DNA of 64,000 nucleotides from Bispira polyomma (Eukaryota): NCBI GenBank assembly GCA_965649765.1, contig OZ287757.1, positions 372,001 to 436,000 of the forward strand, read 5' to 3'. Shown piece by piece: positions 51,544 to 64,000 of this stretch (position 1 is its first letter; each line of letters starts with the position of its first letter). The notes under the pieces were generated by a model. It saw only the letters and a program-made list of their open reading frames with translations, ran no database searches and was not told where the DNA came from. The position numbers and the translations under genes were made by a program.

Positions 51544-51735
51544 AGTGATTCTATATGTTGTTGTGTTGTGATGTATCTATGAAGTCATTCTAGATACACT
51601 CAGTGTCCAGTGTTTTTCTTGAGAACTGACCATATGGACAGTGTTGTGATATCTCTATAAACTGACTTTATATACACTCAGTGTCCAGTGTTTTTTTTAG
51701 AGAACCGACCGTATGGACAGTGTTGTGTTTGACAG

Positions 51736-54700
51736 ACATCACCTGGACACGTTTCTCAGTGGTACGACTTCCCTCTATAAGATCTTCCTGAGTGTACTGG
51801 AGGATGATTCTCTGAGTAAACCCTATGCACAGAGCAAATTACTAGAGAAGATTAACCAGTCGGTGAGTAAGTAAGTTGGTCAATTAGGTAGTATAACCCA
51901 TGATATCGATCAATAAATCAGTTATTCAATCAATTAGAGAACACAACCTATGACATCAATCAATTAACCAGTGAATAATATTATCAATCAGTCTATCGGA
52001 GAATATTACCTGTGATACCAATCAATCAGTCATTTAATCAACCATGTAGTCACATGATATGGTATTTGATGTTAATTGGTTTTATAAGTCAGGTAAAAGC
52101 AGCCCAATGCTATGAGTGTATGTGTTGTTAATCTCACCACTGTGTCTTGGTGACGGTACAACCATGCTTGTTGTCTATACGTCAATAAAACAATGGTTTG
52201 TGGGAGGGGACAATATGGTGTTGTCTACATTCTTACCGAAAATCCGTTGAAATATAATTGTTAAATTTCTGTTCAAAGATTTAATGATTCACTTTAATGT
52301 ACACAATAAATCAATAATAAATATGCATTATTTTAATGATATTTCACTAACTCGCCTATTGGCGAGCATTAGTCCGTTATAAGAAGATAAACCCTCAACT
52401 CAACCAGAATCATAAATGCATTAGACAACATTAGCGCATTATCCTCAATACACAGCTTGCAGAGAGAGCTCTGCCATGGCTGACAACAAAGAACAAATTA
52501 GGCTGTGTTTGTTTTTGTTGTTAAATCAGTAACAGGGAATAAAAAATGTATTTATTGACAGAGTGACGTCACCTAGTGTTACACATTACTCAGGTTTTAT
52601 GCCAAACTGACATAAATATGTATACAGTGGAATAAAAAGGACAGCTAAAAATAAATCTATTACCTCGATAAATAAAGTTAATTATCCACAAAAATTCGCT
52701 CAATATCCAAATAAATCAAGAAATTATAATTATTATAGCAATAATTTAAGTAAATAGCTCAATAAATGGAGATGCTTATCCACTGAAGACAGCTTTTGAG
52801 ATATTACTTCCAACAAGGATCTCTAATCCCTATCTCTTTATTTGTCTGGCTGTCACCAGGATTGCACATAACAATTATGTATACGTTGTACATAAAATTT
52901 GGAGATATAGGGCAGGGTCCAAAGAATCCATTAAATATGGGGCTAGGTCCAGGTTGAAGGAGAGCTCCAAGATTTGTTTTCATAGTTATTTGCCTTTGTG
53001 GCACATTGGCTGAGGTATGCACTCTACTGGGTAACCTTCTCGTTATTGGAATATTTTTTGTTGACTTAATGTATCCATCAATATTTAGATATTAACAACT
53101 ATTTTACAATTATAATTGATATACTTTGCATCTTGCAGGTTGAAAGTATTTTTTATTGATCTTAAATCTATTTTATTTGGAATATGATCTATTGTTAATA
53201 TGCTAGAATGCATTGAAATCTTGTAAAACTGTCCACGGAATAAATGGCAGTATATTTCAAACCGAATTGATGTGTTTTTCTGGCTTTTCAGCAGTAGCCT
53301 TGCCAAAGATCTGAGAAACGATTACATTGTGACATTTGTAAACCATCCAGGATTAGAGATCTTTCTTATACAAATATAGTGACAATAATAAGTCAGGATT
53401 AGTGAGTATTTCTGTGGAAACAACAGTTTGTTTACTTATACACTTGTATACAGGGACACACACGGTCATATACAGGCTATAACTACCTCATTTATACAGG
53501 GACACATACAGGGACACATACATACACAGACATATCGACATACACACACAGACAATAACACACACACATACACATACAGGGACACATACATACACAGACA
53601 TACAGGGACACATACAGGGACACATACAGGGACACATACATACACAGACATACAGGGACACATACAGGGACACACACATATGGGCATACACACACAAACA
53701 GACAATAACACACACACATACAGGGACACATACAGGGACACACACATATGGACATACACACACAAACAGACAATAACACACACATACACATACAGGGACA
53801 CATAAACATACAATAACAAACACACATACAAACACACATACACAAGGACTACACCTAAAACCAGACATACCTAAACCCCAAATACCCCATTCTACCTACA
53901 CACACTCCACATACACTATGGCGCCTAGGTGTATTCGCCTACTATTACAGTGGCGCAGAATTGCCCAGTTTTACAACCCTTTCCAAAGCAAAAATGTCCA
54001 TTAAATATTGAACACAATGAGAAAGCTGTGTGTAGAAAGCCATATATTTACACAAACAGTCTGCTAGAGAAGGGTCAGCGTTTGTGAGTTGACTTAAGTA
54101 CTTACTATCTAAAACCTGAGGCAATACGGAGAGCTTTAATATATGAACTCTCACTGTATGTATACAACCGAGATTGTGTGTCAAACTTCTAGTTTGGTGA
54201 TTATTGGGGTTCTACCTGTGGTCTATATAGAGACTATAGCATACAGAACTGAAAAGAAGTGTATACAACTTCTAGTTTGAGGATTAACACACATAAATGT
54301 GAGATCTGACAAAACAAAGCAATACAGGTAAGCATAAAACAATTGTCATTTAACTAAACACAATTACTAAATGATTTCTAATCAATTATATCGACCATTA
54401 TGCAGTTATTTTTAACTCTGTCATTTGTCAAGATAATAGTTTTGCCTAAAACTCACAATAATGGAATATCAGAGTAAATGAGTTTGAATATTAAATGGTA
54501 AAAATAAGTAACAATAAAGTTTAATTTGTGTGTGAGTGTATGTGTGGGAGGTAAATCTAGTGACACCACTATCTCCCAACTGTGTACATTTTACAGTATA
54601 AAGTCTAATCTCCGAATGTAGAAAAAATCCCTTACATAAACCTATTCAAATCACCCCATTCCGAATCAGTCCATCCCAAATCAACCAGCCATCGATTATC

Positions 54701-56890
54701 CCGTTCCAAATCAACCAGCCATCGATCATCCTGTTCCAAATCAACAAGCAATCATCCCATTCCAAATCAACCAGCCATTGATCATCTCATTCCAAATCAA
54801 CCAGCCATCAATAATCCTGTTTCAAATTAAGCAGCTATTAATCATTCCGTTCCAAATCAACCAGTTATAAATCATTCTATTCCAAAACAGCTCGCCATTA
54901 TCCCATTCCAAATCCACCAGCCATCAATCATCCCTTTCAAATCAGCTCCTGATTTGTTGTGTTTTGAAATACTGGTGCTATTATCATGCACAATATACAC
55001 AGTATAAAACATCACATGTGTGAACCCACCTTGGATTGACTAATATACACGCTGTGTAGATCACTGAACATCATTGGGGTTATACATTACAAAGTTCATA
55101 AATTTATGTTGAATTTATCCAGATGTAGTTAAAGCATCCTAGCAAGGAATATGGCTGCAAGCTGTCCAATTCCGGAAACTATGGGTATAAAAGCGGACCT
55201 TCAATACAATTGGCCATTTTCCAGCCAGAGATAGAGATAACACAGTTCACTCTCAAAAGATCAGATCAAGAAATCTCAACCTTGATCTGGCAATAGATAT
55301 ATTCCGTACCAGTGATGTTACATACGTATTCCGTACCAGTAATGTTACATATTCTGTACTAGTGATGCTACATATTCTGTACCAGTGATGCTACATATTC
55401 TGTACCAGTGATGTTACATATTCTGTACTGGTGATGTTACATATTCTGTACCATTGATGTCATATATACCGTACCAGTGATGTTACATATTCTGTACCGG
55501 TGATGTTACATATTCTGTACCAGTGATGTTACATATTCTGTACCATTGATGTCATATATTCCGTACCAGTGATGTCCATTTAGTTAAATCCTAAGAAAAG
55601 GCAGGCAAATCAAAGACCAAAGAATGATACAAATCTTGGTAATAGAATTCCTCCAATTCTCCACATATACAACTTACACAAAATGCAAATATTGCAGAAA
55701 GCAACACCAATTTTGCAAGAATAACTGAAGCAACACATGCAGCAAAACACAATGTGTGTTAGTCTTCAGTTAATACTTTGAAAAGAGTGCCAAATAACTA
55801 CCCCAATTATCAGTTGGACAACCAGTGTACATACAATATCATAAGATAGCTGGTGTCCACTGGAAGCCATGTGTGTACTAAACAGTTACCAGACAGATCG
55901 TGTGACCAGTAACAGTCAAAATATGGAATACAGTACAGTTTAAGCCACAACATGGATGATTCAACAGGGAGCAAGAGTTCACTAAGGCTAGATGAAACAC
56001 ACCAAGGCTGATTCAGTCCACGAGCTTACTGCATAGAAGTTCATGTAACAGATAGAGGTTAACACCTATGAACATATTCCAAAAATTGTAAAACATGTAT
56101 ATACTGGATTACTGTTCAACATTAAACACTAATTTCTAAATTATAAACTGTGGGCCTAAAACACCAAAATAATTATATAATAAGTATCAACGTCATAGGA
56201 CAGAGCACTGAAGTTGTCAATTTGTATTCTTATTTTATATCACATTATCTCCGTGCTTTCTAGTAACTCAAAGTGCTGATTAACCTTGATTTGACTACAC
56301 AAGTTCAGCCAACCAGTATCACTAACTGTCACTCTACTAACTGATGAGGACTGGACGTTCAGGATGATATCATTTATATCAATGTCTGCTACCGCTCTTT
56401 CACCCTGACCACTGGGGATGGGACTCAAACACAGTAGACACCACCAGTATAAGTCAACATCAGTCTGGGATTAAACCCACGTCCTCTATGTTCCTAAGTT
56501 GTCACAGTGTCAGGTTACTGAGTCTCCCTGGAATCTCTTGGTGACACTAATAACACAGATACCATAATTTCTGATTTTACCAGCACCAGGTTCAACTCCT
56601 AGTGCATAGCTGTGGACCTATATGTGAGTTTGTTTCTACTTTTACAGAAACCCAAACCTTTAAATGCATTGAACATGTTTACAAGTGAAGTCACTCAAGC
56701 AAAAGGCTCAACTGGATCAGCTGGGTGTTAGATGTGTACATGTGTGTATAAGTGTGTTGAAAATCTTTGATTAAATTGGACATAATATTATAGTTGGTGT
56801 ACTGGAGGAATGTAGAGTGAGTAGTATGTGCGTAGTTGTGTAGATCAAAGGGAACACCAGTAAGTGATGTGAGGAATGTATTACAATAAC

Positions 56891-56930
<40 letters not shown>

Positions 56931-59785
56931 TGTACAGGCCACAGTAAAGAGTAGTGAGGTCCCTGTGTCGTGTACACTGTGTCGTGTACACTGTGTATTG
57001 TTGAAGACACAGTACATGCAGTTAAATGTACATCGGCCGTTCTGTGTAAAATTGGCGCTTATTGGTCTAGATCCAGAATGATGGCTCCTTGTGCGCTTTG
57101 TATTGCAGATCCAGAATTACTTGAACTTGTTGGGACCTTGTTATGTATTATAGATCTAGAATTACTTGGCTTCATTGAGGCTTTGTTATGTGTTGCAGAT
57201 CCAGAATGACTGTGACTCATTCAGGTCTCGCTATTTATTGTAGATTCAGAATTACTGGGAGCCTATTGAGGCCTTGTTTGTAAGAGACCCATATACTGGC
57301 TATGAGTCTGGACAATTCACAGACCAGGAGAACATCCACCCTTCTAAGGTATTCATAGACATCTGCCAGGGACTCAATCTGTTTGTAAAGGAAGTCAGGA
57401 CCAAGATGGACAAGTCCTACAGCAATGAGGTCGACTTCCGGACTGAGATCAGGGCTCTCAAAGGTAAGAGGTGCCTGGATAATGAGTGGGCTGTGGGTAA
57501 ACAGATAGGAAAGGGATGTAACTGTTAATATGTAGGTGTATAGTCAGACTAAAAAGAGTTAAGCTGCCTATACAATTGACTCCTGTTAACCACACTGAAT
57601 TAGCCTAAAGAGCATGCTAGCTAAAATGCTACCTACCGGTCAAAGACTATGACGCCCATAAGCTGACTGGGCACCCCATTAATACATCTTGATAGAGAGG
57701 GACAACTTTGTGTGAAGTATATTAAACCTCTATTGTCAAAACTCTAAATCCGAATGTTAAATTTTATTAACGCACTTTAACTCTCCCAAATTTACAACTT
57801 CATATAGTTTTATATCGAAATATCTCTTCTGGTTGATAAACCTTCTATTACCCAAACATGCCCTCCCAACATATTAGGACGTCAGAGGTTCGACTCTTTC
57901 TTATCCAATGGTGCAATCTTCAGACTTGCAGTGATCCTCCATCCTGGGATCCTTGGGAGGCTGAAGTAGTAACATTCTGGCCCCCACCTCTATAGACAAG
58001 AGGTTGGTTTTCAGCCTCGGTATGCATGTGGCTAAGTTAGCAGTAGCCCTGCTGAAAGTTGGCAGTTTGTAATGTAGAAAACCATGATCACATAGTCTAT
58101 ACTGCTGTAATATTCCCTCTAGGAGAACTAATGTGCCATAACATCCCCATCATAGACAAAAGTTAAGTTGTGTGTTTTTGTTACAGAGGAACTGTTGGCA
58201 ACCAAACAGGAATTAAGACAAGTAAACACTGAGCACATGAGCTGTAAGATGGAGATAGGCTCCAGTAAAGGGACCATAGCACACTTAGAGAAACTGAACA
58301 GAGAGAAGTCAGACCGGATAGCAGAGTAAGTGTTTACAGTAGTCAGAGTGTCTTACAGTAGTCAGAGTGTCTTTCAGTAGTCAGTGTCTTACAGTAGTCA
58401 AAGTGTTTAACAGTAGTCAGAGTGTCTTACAGTAGTCAGAGTGTTTTACAGTAGTCAGAGTGGCACAGAGTAGCCAGAGTGTCTTACTGTAGTAAACATT
58501 CACAGTAATGGCTTACAATCAGGCCTTTTTAAGGCCAACAACTATTCCTATTCTGTTCATGGCATCAGCAATAGATTCCACTAATACTGTAACTGCATAT
58601 TCTTCTGAAAGCTTTTGTCTGAATCCATATTGATTTCATGACAGTATATCATGTTTTTCAACAAAGTCAATTAATCAAATAAAAAAAACTTACACTAAAA
58701 TTTTGGAGAATTGTGGCAATAAAGAAACAGGTCTGTAATTACTGAAGTCTTTCAGATTTGTGTATTGGAATTACCTTTGCTATTTTCATTTTATCAGGGA
58801 AAATATCACTACAAATTATTATGTTATGAGCTAGATGCCACAAGTGTCGAATAACCTCAGCAAAGAGGGTGATGTTTTCATGGTGTCTAAATTTGGTGTA
58901 GAGTTTAGGAATGGGCCAAGGAAGAATTAAATTGTGGAATGAATCCAGGTGGATAGACAGGTAAAAATGTCATGTTGCGAGTACGAGGACTAAAAACCCT
59001 TCCACGTTACAATGAATACTTGAACTGTGTCACTTGTAATCTGTGATTTGTGTACATCCTAGGTTACAGAGAGCTGATACAGTGCAACTCTGGGAAAAGG
59101 AGAAAGTCCGGTTATTACAAAACAATTCCGACAGGTGTGTGTGGGTACTAAAGTAACTTCTGATATAAGTTTTAATAGTGGCTCAGAATTTTGATACAGT
59201 AAGGAAATTACTTGTCATATGGCGCTTTAACACTTTACACCCCTATGATGTAGTCTTAGCATTTGCTGGAGTTTGTTATTCACGAAGACTATGTTTGTGA
59301 GCAAGCAGTTGTAACCCAAACTTACCACTTTACTTCTCTTTCAGTGCTGCAGAGTACTGCAGAATTCTTTGTCTAAAAATAATACTCGAGTCTGTTATAA
59401 AATAGTACTAGCCCACTGTGGTGTGTTCAACTGACTCCAGCTATGTGAAACCACCTATTCCGTACTTGCATTAAGGCACTAATTTTCCCTCAGTTGCGAA
59501 AAGAATTGAAAGAAAGAAAAGTTTGAACTAATAATAATAATAATAATAACATTAGGACATAGACAGCAGGAATTGCACAAAAACTGCTGTTTACTGAAAG
59601 ATAACACTGCGATAATGTTGTTTCAGAGTTAAGTAGTTTGGTTATGACGGGGTAAACTGCAAAACCCTTCACTCGGAAAACGTCTAAACTTGTATTAATT
59701 GTATGCTGTAAACAGAATGAAAGAATTGGAGAAACAGGTGGAGGAGTTAAAGTCAGACAAGGTCAGCCTACAGCACAAAGTACAG
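51736..59785 (+). CDS. Partial host gene, coiled-coil protein; exons 51736-51862, 57244-57463, 58187-58325, 59063-59134, 59716-59785
   Basis: GT-AG introns with consistent phases 0,1,2,2. Open translation HHLDTFLSG...IQNYWEPIEALFVRD...EELLATKQELRQ...RMKELEKQVEELKSDK. Start and end not found. Confidence 0.8.
53450..53850. repeat. CA-rich compound satellite (catacagggaca)
   Basis: Seen directly. Confidence 0.9.
54655..54945. repeat. ~30-bp minisatellite
   Basis: ttccaaatcaaccagccatc units. Confidence 0.85.
55298..55575. repeat. 22-bp minisatellite
   Basis: atattctgtaccagtgatgttac units. Confidence 0.9.
56893..56929. repeat. (TG)n microsatellite
   Basis: Seen directly. Confidence 0.95.
58520..58810 (-). 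mobile_element. CR1-type RT fragment
   Basis: NYRPVSLLPQFSKIL and NQYGFR motifs. Confidence 0.65.
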
Positions 59786-60088
59786 GTGAGAGTTTTATTA
59801 CAGTACAAACTCAGTCCATAACAAAATATGTAGGTGAGAGTATTATTACAGTACAAACTCAGTCTACAACAAAATATGTAGGTAAGAGTACTATTACAGA
59901 ACAAACTCAGTCTACAGCACAAAGTGTAGGTAAGAGTATTATTACAGTACATACTCAGTCTACAACACAGATTGTAGCTAACAGTATTTTTACAGTACAA
60001 ACTCAGTCTACAGCAAAAAGTGTAGTTAAGAGTATTATTACAGTACAAACTCAGTCTACAGCAAAATGTGTAGTTAAGAGTATTATTA
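59762..60088. repeat. 42-bp minisatellite derived from exon end plus donor site; continues at ~62053-62140, then 21-bp units to ~62245
   Basis: Unit 1 is cagcctacagcacaaagtacag|gtgagag... Confidence 0.85.
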
Positions 60089-62053
60089 GTGCAACAACAC
60101 TATAAATGACTCAAAACGTGCCTACTATGCCAACATGATATCACAAAGCGAGGGTGATACTACCCGAAAATTCCAATAGCAAATCACTGGCAAACATTTT
60201 TAGTACTTTTTTCATTGATAAAATTACCAGAATCTGTGACGGTTTTACATTAGCCGCCCCAAATGCCCCTTTACCAACAGCTCCACCAACTGTCTTCAAC
60301 TGTTTCTCCTCAGTAACTGTTGATGAAGTCAGGAAAATTATACTGGCATCACCCGTAAAATCTTGCTTGCTAGATCCGTGGCCCACATTCCTTGTTAAGG
60401 AATGTATTGACATTATATTGCCCTCAATCATAAAACTTGTCAACCTCTCGTTGGTAAATGGCGTCTTTCCAGATGATTTTAAAAAGGCCATTGTCACTCC
60501 TTTAATAAAAAAACCTTCTCTACCAAATGCTGACTTGAAAAATTACCATCCTGTCTCAGGCCTTTGCTATATCTCTAAGTTGGTAGAACGCGCGGTTGCC
60601 TTACAGATCAAACAACATGTTGACGTCAGCAATCTGTCCAATAAGTATCAGTCAGCGTACAAAAGTGGTCATTCTACTGAGACTGCACTTCTCTGCATCA
60701 AAAATGATGTTCATACATCTTTATCCAAAGGTATGCCTACTGCCTTAGTACTGCTGGATCTGTCATCAGCCTTTGATACTATTGATCACAAAGTTCTTCT
60801 TGAGTGTCTATCGTCTTGGTTCGGTATCAGCGGTATGGCACTTAAGTGGTTCACTGCATATTTGTCTGATAGATTCCAATCAGTCAAAATTGGCAATATC
60901 TTATCTGACCCAACATGGTTAAAATTTGATGTTCCCCAAGGTTCCGTCCTGGAACCCATTTTGTTTTCCATGTACACCACCCCACTCAGCAAGATTATTG
61001 CTGCATACAAAAACATAAACTTTCACTTCTATGCTGATGATACCCAACTGTATATCCACCTTACACCTGACTCTGCCAAGGCAGTTTACACTTCCTTACA
61101 GAACTGCCTTGTTGATGTACAACACTGGATGGCAGCAAATAAACTCAAGCTGAACCCTGAGAAGACTGAGTTTATTTTGTTTGGCTCCAAGTCGCAACGG
61201 GAAAAATTGTCCTGTTGTTTTCCACTTGACATTCTTGGCAGCAGGTTTTCTCCAGCTGACAAAGTACGAAACCTGGGTGTGGTGTTCGACTCTGAATTCT
61301 CGTTCTCTAACCATGTCGCAGCGGTGTGTAGATCATGTTTTGTTGGCCTCCGTGATTTCAGGCGGATTCGACGCTATCTTTCCAAATCCACTGCAATCAC
61401 TGTTGCCAATGCTTTGGTCAGCAGCAGGCTTGATTACTGCAACTCTTTGTTCCGTTCCTTATCTCGTAGTGATCTCAGACGCCTTCAGAATATCCAACAC
61501 TCGTTGGCACGTATTGTGACCAAAACTTCTAAATTTTCCCACATTACTCCTGTACTCAAGTCACTGCACTGGCTCCCAATAAAATATCGTGTTGCTTTCA
61601 AAACAGCAACAATAATATATAAATTTCTAAATTCTGGATTACTCACTTATTTTAGCCCCCATCTATCCAAATATACATGCTCAGTCAGGACAAGGCGCAG
61701 TAACCCTGATAAATTATACCTTAACATTCCCACTTTCGACCCTCACATCCACAAATCCAAAGTTCAGTTCAATCACTGCCTAGCTCATGATGGCCCCCTC
61801 ATTTGGAACAGCCTACCTGATCATGTTTGCCTGGCTCAAACTTTCTCCTCTTTCAGGAGTACGCTGAAGGCCTATCTTTTTGAACAGGCTTTTCCACCTT
61901 AGCCGTCGCAACCATTTACGGTAGTCTCCCTGGTTACGACTTCCATCCTCCGACTATTTTTGATTTTCAATTAACGTTTTGGGTTTTTTGCGCCTTAGAA
62001 TTTGTTGTACAAAGATTAAGCGCTATAAAAGTACGACTAGATTAGATTAGATT
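60089..62053 (+). mobile_element. 5'-truncated L2/CR1-clade LINE inserted in the minisatellite
   Basis: RT ORF and (attag)n tail at ~62036-62053. Confidence 0.9.
60154..61902 (+). CDS. LINE ORF2 reverse transcriptase, 582-aa open frame, endonuclease missing
   Basis: KSCLLDPWP, HSTETAL, LDLSSAFDTIDH, PQGSVL, YADDTQ, LHWLP. Confidence 0.92.
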   Translation: MILPENSNSKSLANIFSTFFIDKITRICDGFTLAAPNAPLPTAPPTVFNCFSSVTVDEVRKIILASPVKSCLLDPWPTFLVKECIDIILPSIIKLVNLSLVNGVFPDDFKKAIVTPLIKKPSLPNADLKNYHPVSGLCYISKLVERAVALQIKQHVDVSNLSNKYQSAYKSGHSTETALLCIKNDVHTSLSKGMPTALVLLDLSSAFDTIDHKVLLECLSSWFGISGMALKWFTAYLSDRFQSVKIGNILSDPTWLKFDVPQGSVLEPILFSMYTTPLSKIIAAYKNINFHFYADDTQLYIHLTPDSAKAVYTSLQNCLVDVQHWMAANKLKLNPEKTEFILFGSKSQREKLSCCFPLDILGSRFSPADKVRNLGVVFDSEFSFSNHVAAVCRSCFVGLRDFRRIRRYLSKSTAITVANALVSSRLDYCNSLFRSLSRSDLRRLQNIQHSLARIVTKTSKFSHITPVLKSLHWLPIKYRVAFKTATIIYKFLNSGLLTYFSPHLSKYTCSVRTRRSNPDKLYLNIPTFDPHIHKSKVQFNHCLAHDGPLIWNSLPDHVCLAQTFSSFRSTLKAYLFEQAFPP

Positions 62054-62379
62054 ACAGCAATATGTGTAGTTAAGAGTATTATTACAGTACAAACTCAGTT
62101 TATAACACAAAGTGTATGTGTAAGTATTGTTACAGTACAAACTTTATATTATTACAGTACAAACTTTATATTGTTACAGTGAAACTTTATATTGTTACAG
62201 TCCAAAGTTTATATTGTTACAGTCTAAACTTTATATTGTTACAGCACAACCCTGAACGAAGTTAGCCTTCAGTAAAAAGTAGCGAGTGGGTTGTTTTTGG
62301 TAATCAGAAGGTCTTCGGTTCAACCCCCATTAATGTTATAATGATAGTGTTATGAAGTAACTTATAATACGAAATACTG

Positions 62380-62979
62380 TAGGCAACATATAACATATAT
62401 ATTACAACTAATTATCAACACCAAAATTCACCAACGTCCCCATAAGTTAAACATAAATACTTCAATCAATAAATGTCATCAATGTTTACACTGCCCCAGC
62501 CTGACAGGATACCACTGTTCCTAGTTTGTACTGTTTACTGTAAGAGTTCCCATTGCTTGATCCTCAACAATACATATCTGGTTAGGTACACAATTCTCCC
62601 TTTGTATTCAAACAACATCAAATGACTTCAAATTCCAATGACTTCATGTAATATATTTCATATGCCAGACATGGTTTACCTCTTTCCCCCCACAAAATAT
62701 CCAGTTTTCCCTCCTAAACCGCCCTATATTTTTTGTATTCCCGGGCTGCATAAAAACGTCAAACACTAAAACCCACTTAAGGTAATCTATAATTTGGGTT
62801 GATCACACATCCCATGATAAGTTTAAATAGTCACACCTACAGACCTTACAATGAACACTCTTTAAAATGAACACACATAACTAGGCCACACACTAATACA
62901 GTGTATACTTGTGGGGATGTTAGTGAATATTGGTGTTGATAATTAGTTGTAATATGTGATATATGTTTTATGTTGCCTA
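62380..62979. mobile_element. MITE with ~70-bp imperfect TIRs (taggcaacat...)
   Basis: 62380-62448 is the reverse complement of ~62907-62979. Confidence 0.75.
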
Positions 62980-63360
62980 TTAAAGGATATTGAACTACAG
63001 TTTCTTTTATTAGTTCATTTAAATGCCTTTTTTGTCAACGATGTCACGTTAGACACGGATTGGCATTGAGTTGGCGGTTGTGTGGTCAAATGTATCCATG
63101 GACTGAACCCCGCCCTTGAAAAAGCAAGAGCCGGGTGGCAATAAGAGAAGACATTGAGAATGCTAGCACTATAATTACAGCTCAAATCTACTGAAATGCA
63201 CTGAAAGCTTGTGATACATGAGTACATATTTTAATCAAATTAACAACAAAAGTCAAACAGAAATACACCATCTGATTTGCCTGCTTTCCAAACTTTTGCT
63301 GGTAATATTTGTTGCTTCTGTATGGACATCAAGCCTTAGAACGTGACACATACATGTGGG

Positions 63361-63506
63361 AGAGGTCCTCAGTGACCGAGTGGTTAGCAAGTTTGGCATA
63401 CAATCACAGGCTGTCACCTATGCGTGGGTTCGCCTCCCTCAAGTGGCAAATGCTGAGGGCCTGTCCCAACATGACCCTGGCTGTTGAAAGGGACGTAAAA
63501 CCTTTG
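63361..63506 (+). mobile_element. tRNA-derived SINE
   Basis: A box gtgaccgagtgg, B box gggttcgcctcc, 13-bp TSD acatacatgtggg (63348-63360, 63507-63519). Confidence 0.8.
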
Positions 63507-63789
63507 ACATACATGTGGGTCATAATCCAATTGAATATACTTTTTGATTTATTCTCTGGACCCATTATTACAAATGAATAAAGTTTCCAATAGAAACGAA
63601 ACTTCTCCAATTAGTTACTTCAGTTTACTGTACCAATACAATAAAAGGTACTTGTGTTATTAAATCTATTACATATGTTCTTGAATGAATATATTAGTTT
63701 TAACCGCTTGTGTTGTAGCATTTTGAAACCAAAGTTGGAGTAGAAAAACTCAAAAAGCAAATCCAGGAAGAGAAGCAGTCTGTGCCAAT

Positions 63790-63975
63790 AGCAGAAACAG
63801 GGAAAACAGGTGGGGAAATAGGGAAAACAGGTGGGGAAATAGGAACAATGGGTGAGGAAATGTGTAAAAGGGATGGGGAAATGGGGACAAGGGGTGAGGA
63901 AATGTGTAAAAGGGGTGGGGAAATGGGGAGAAGGAGTGAGGAAATGGGAAGAACGAGCAGTGAAATAGGGATAAC
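63790..63975. repeat. Purine/G-rich tandem repeats (~20 and ~38 bp)
   Basis: Seen directly. Confidence 0.8.
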
Positions 63976-64000
63976 ACATTTCTACTCTCCCGAGTTTAAA

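Noticed and set aside
53428-53868. Val/Cys- and His/Thr-rich ORFs
   Set aside because: Simple-repeat artefacts.
52300-54200. Possible DNA-transposon transposase remnants
   Set aside because: No catalytic motif or matched termini that I could support.
56584-56623. Candidate 40-nt exon with good splice sites
   Set aside because: It ends in phase 1 and shifts the frame if joined to the phase-0 acceptor at 57244; only a weak GAG acceptor at 57286 would fit, so it was left out of the model.
63361-63440. tRNA gene
   Set aside because: A and B boxes are present but no cloverleaf; a SINE tail and TSD are present.

Overview
AT-rich eukaryotic (animal) genomic DNA, probably a marine invertebrate such as a mollusc (inferred from the repeat families), and dominated by nested mobile elements. 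The main object is a ~6.66-kb element (14775-21434) with ~880-bp terminal inverted repeats, AGTAGTAG/GTAGTAG-type ends and a target-site duplication. It sits inside ORF1 of an L1/Tx1 retrotransposon, and removing it restores the ORF1 frame. It carries a Polinton/Maverick (adintovirus)-type A32/FtsK packaging ATPase (inactivated), two small Polinton-type ORFs, a stand-alone BIR/IAP gene and two PC4-like genes, one of them spliced. It has no polymerase, integrase, protease or capsid gene, so it is a mini, defective or satellite Polinton-like genome. A second, older relative lies at 321-~1790. I assembled three host genes by hand that the ORF track misses: a 69-aa secreted cysteine-rich toxin/defensin-like prepropeptide (7770-11055, +), a 140-aa secreted Lys/Ser plus Pro/Thr/Asp-repeat protein (47828-41868, -) and five exons of a coiled-coil protein (51736-59785, +) whose splice sites are amplified into minisatellites. 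Also present: a decayed Gypsy element with nested ISL2EU-like and solo-LTR insertions, a DIRS/Ngaro remnant, several Tx1 and L2/CR1 pieces, MITEs, tRNA-derived SINEs and many minisatellites. All family assignments come from motifs recognised by eye; no searches were run.
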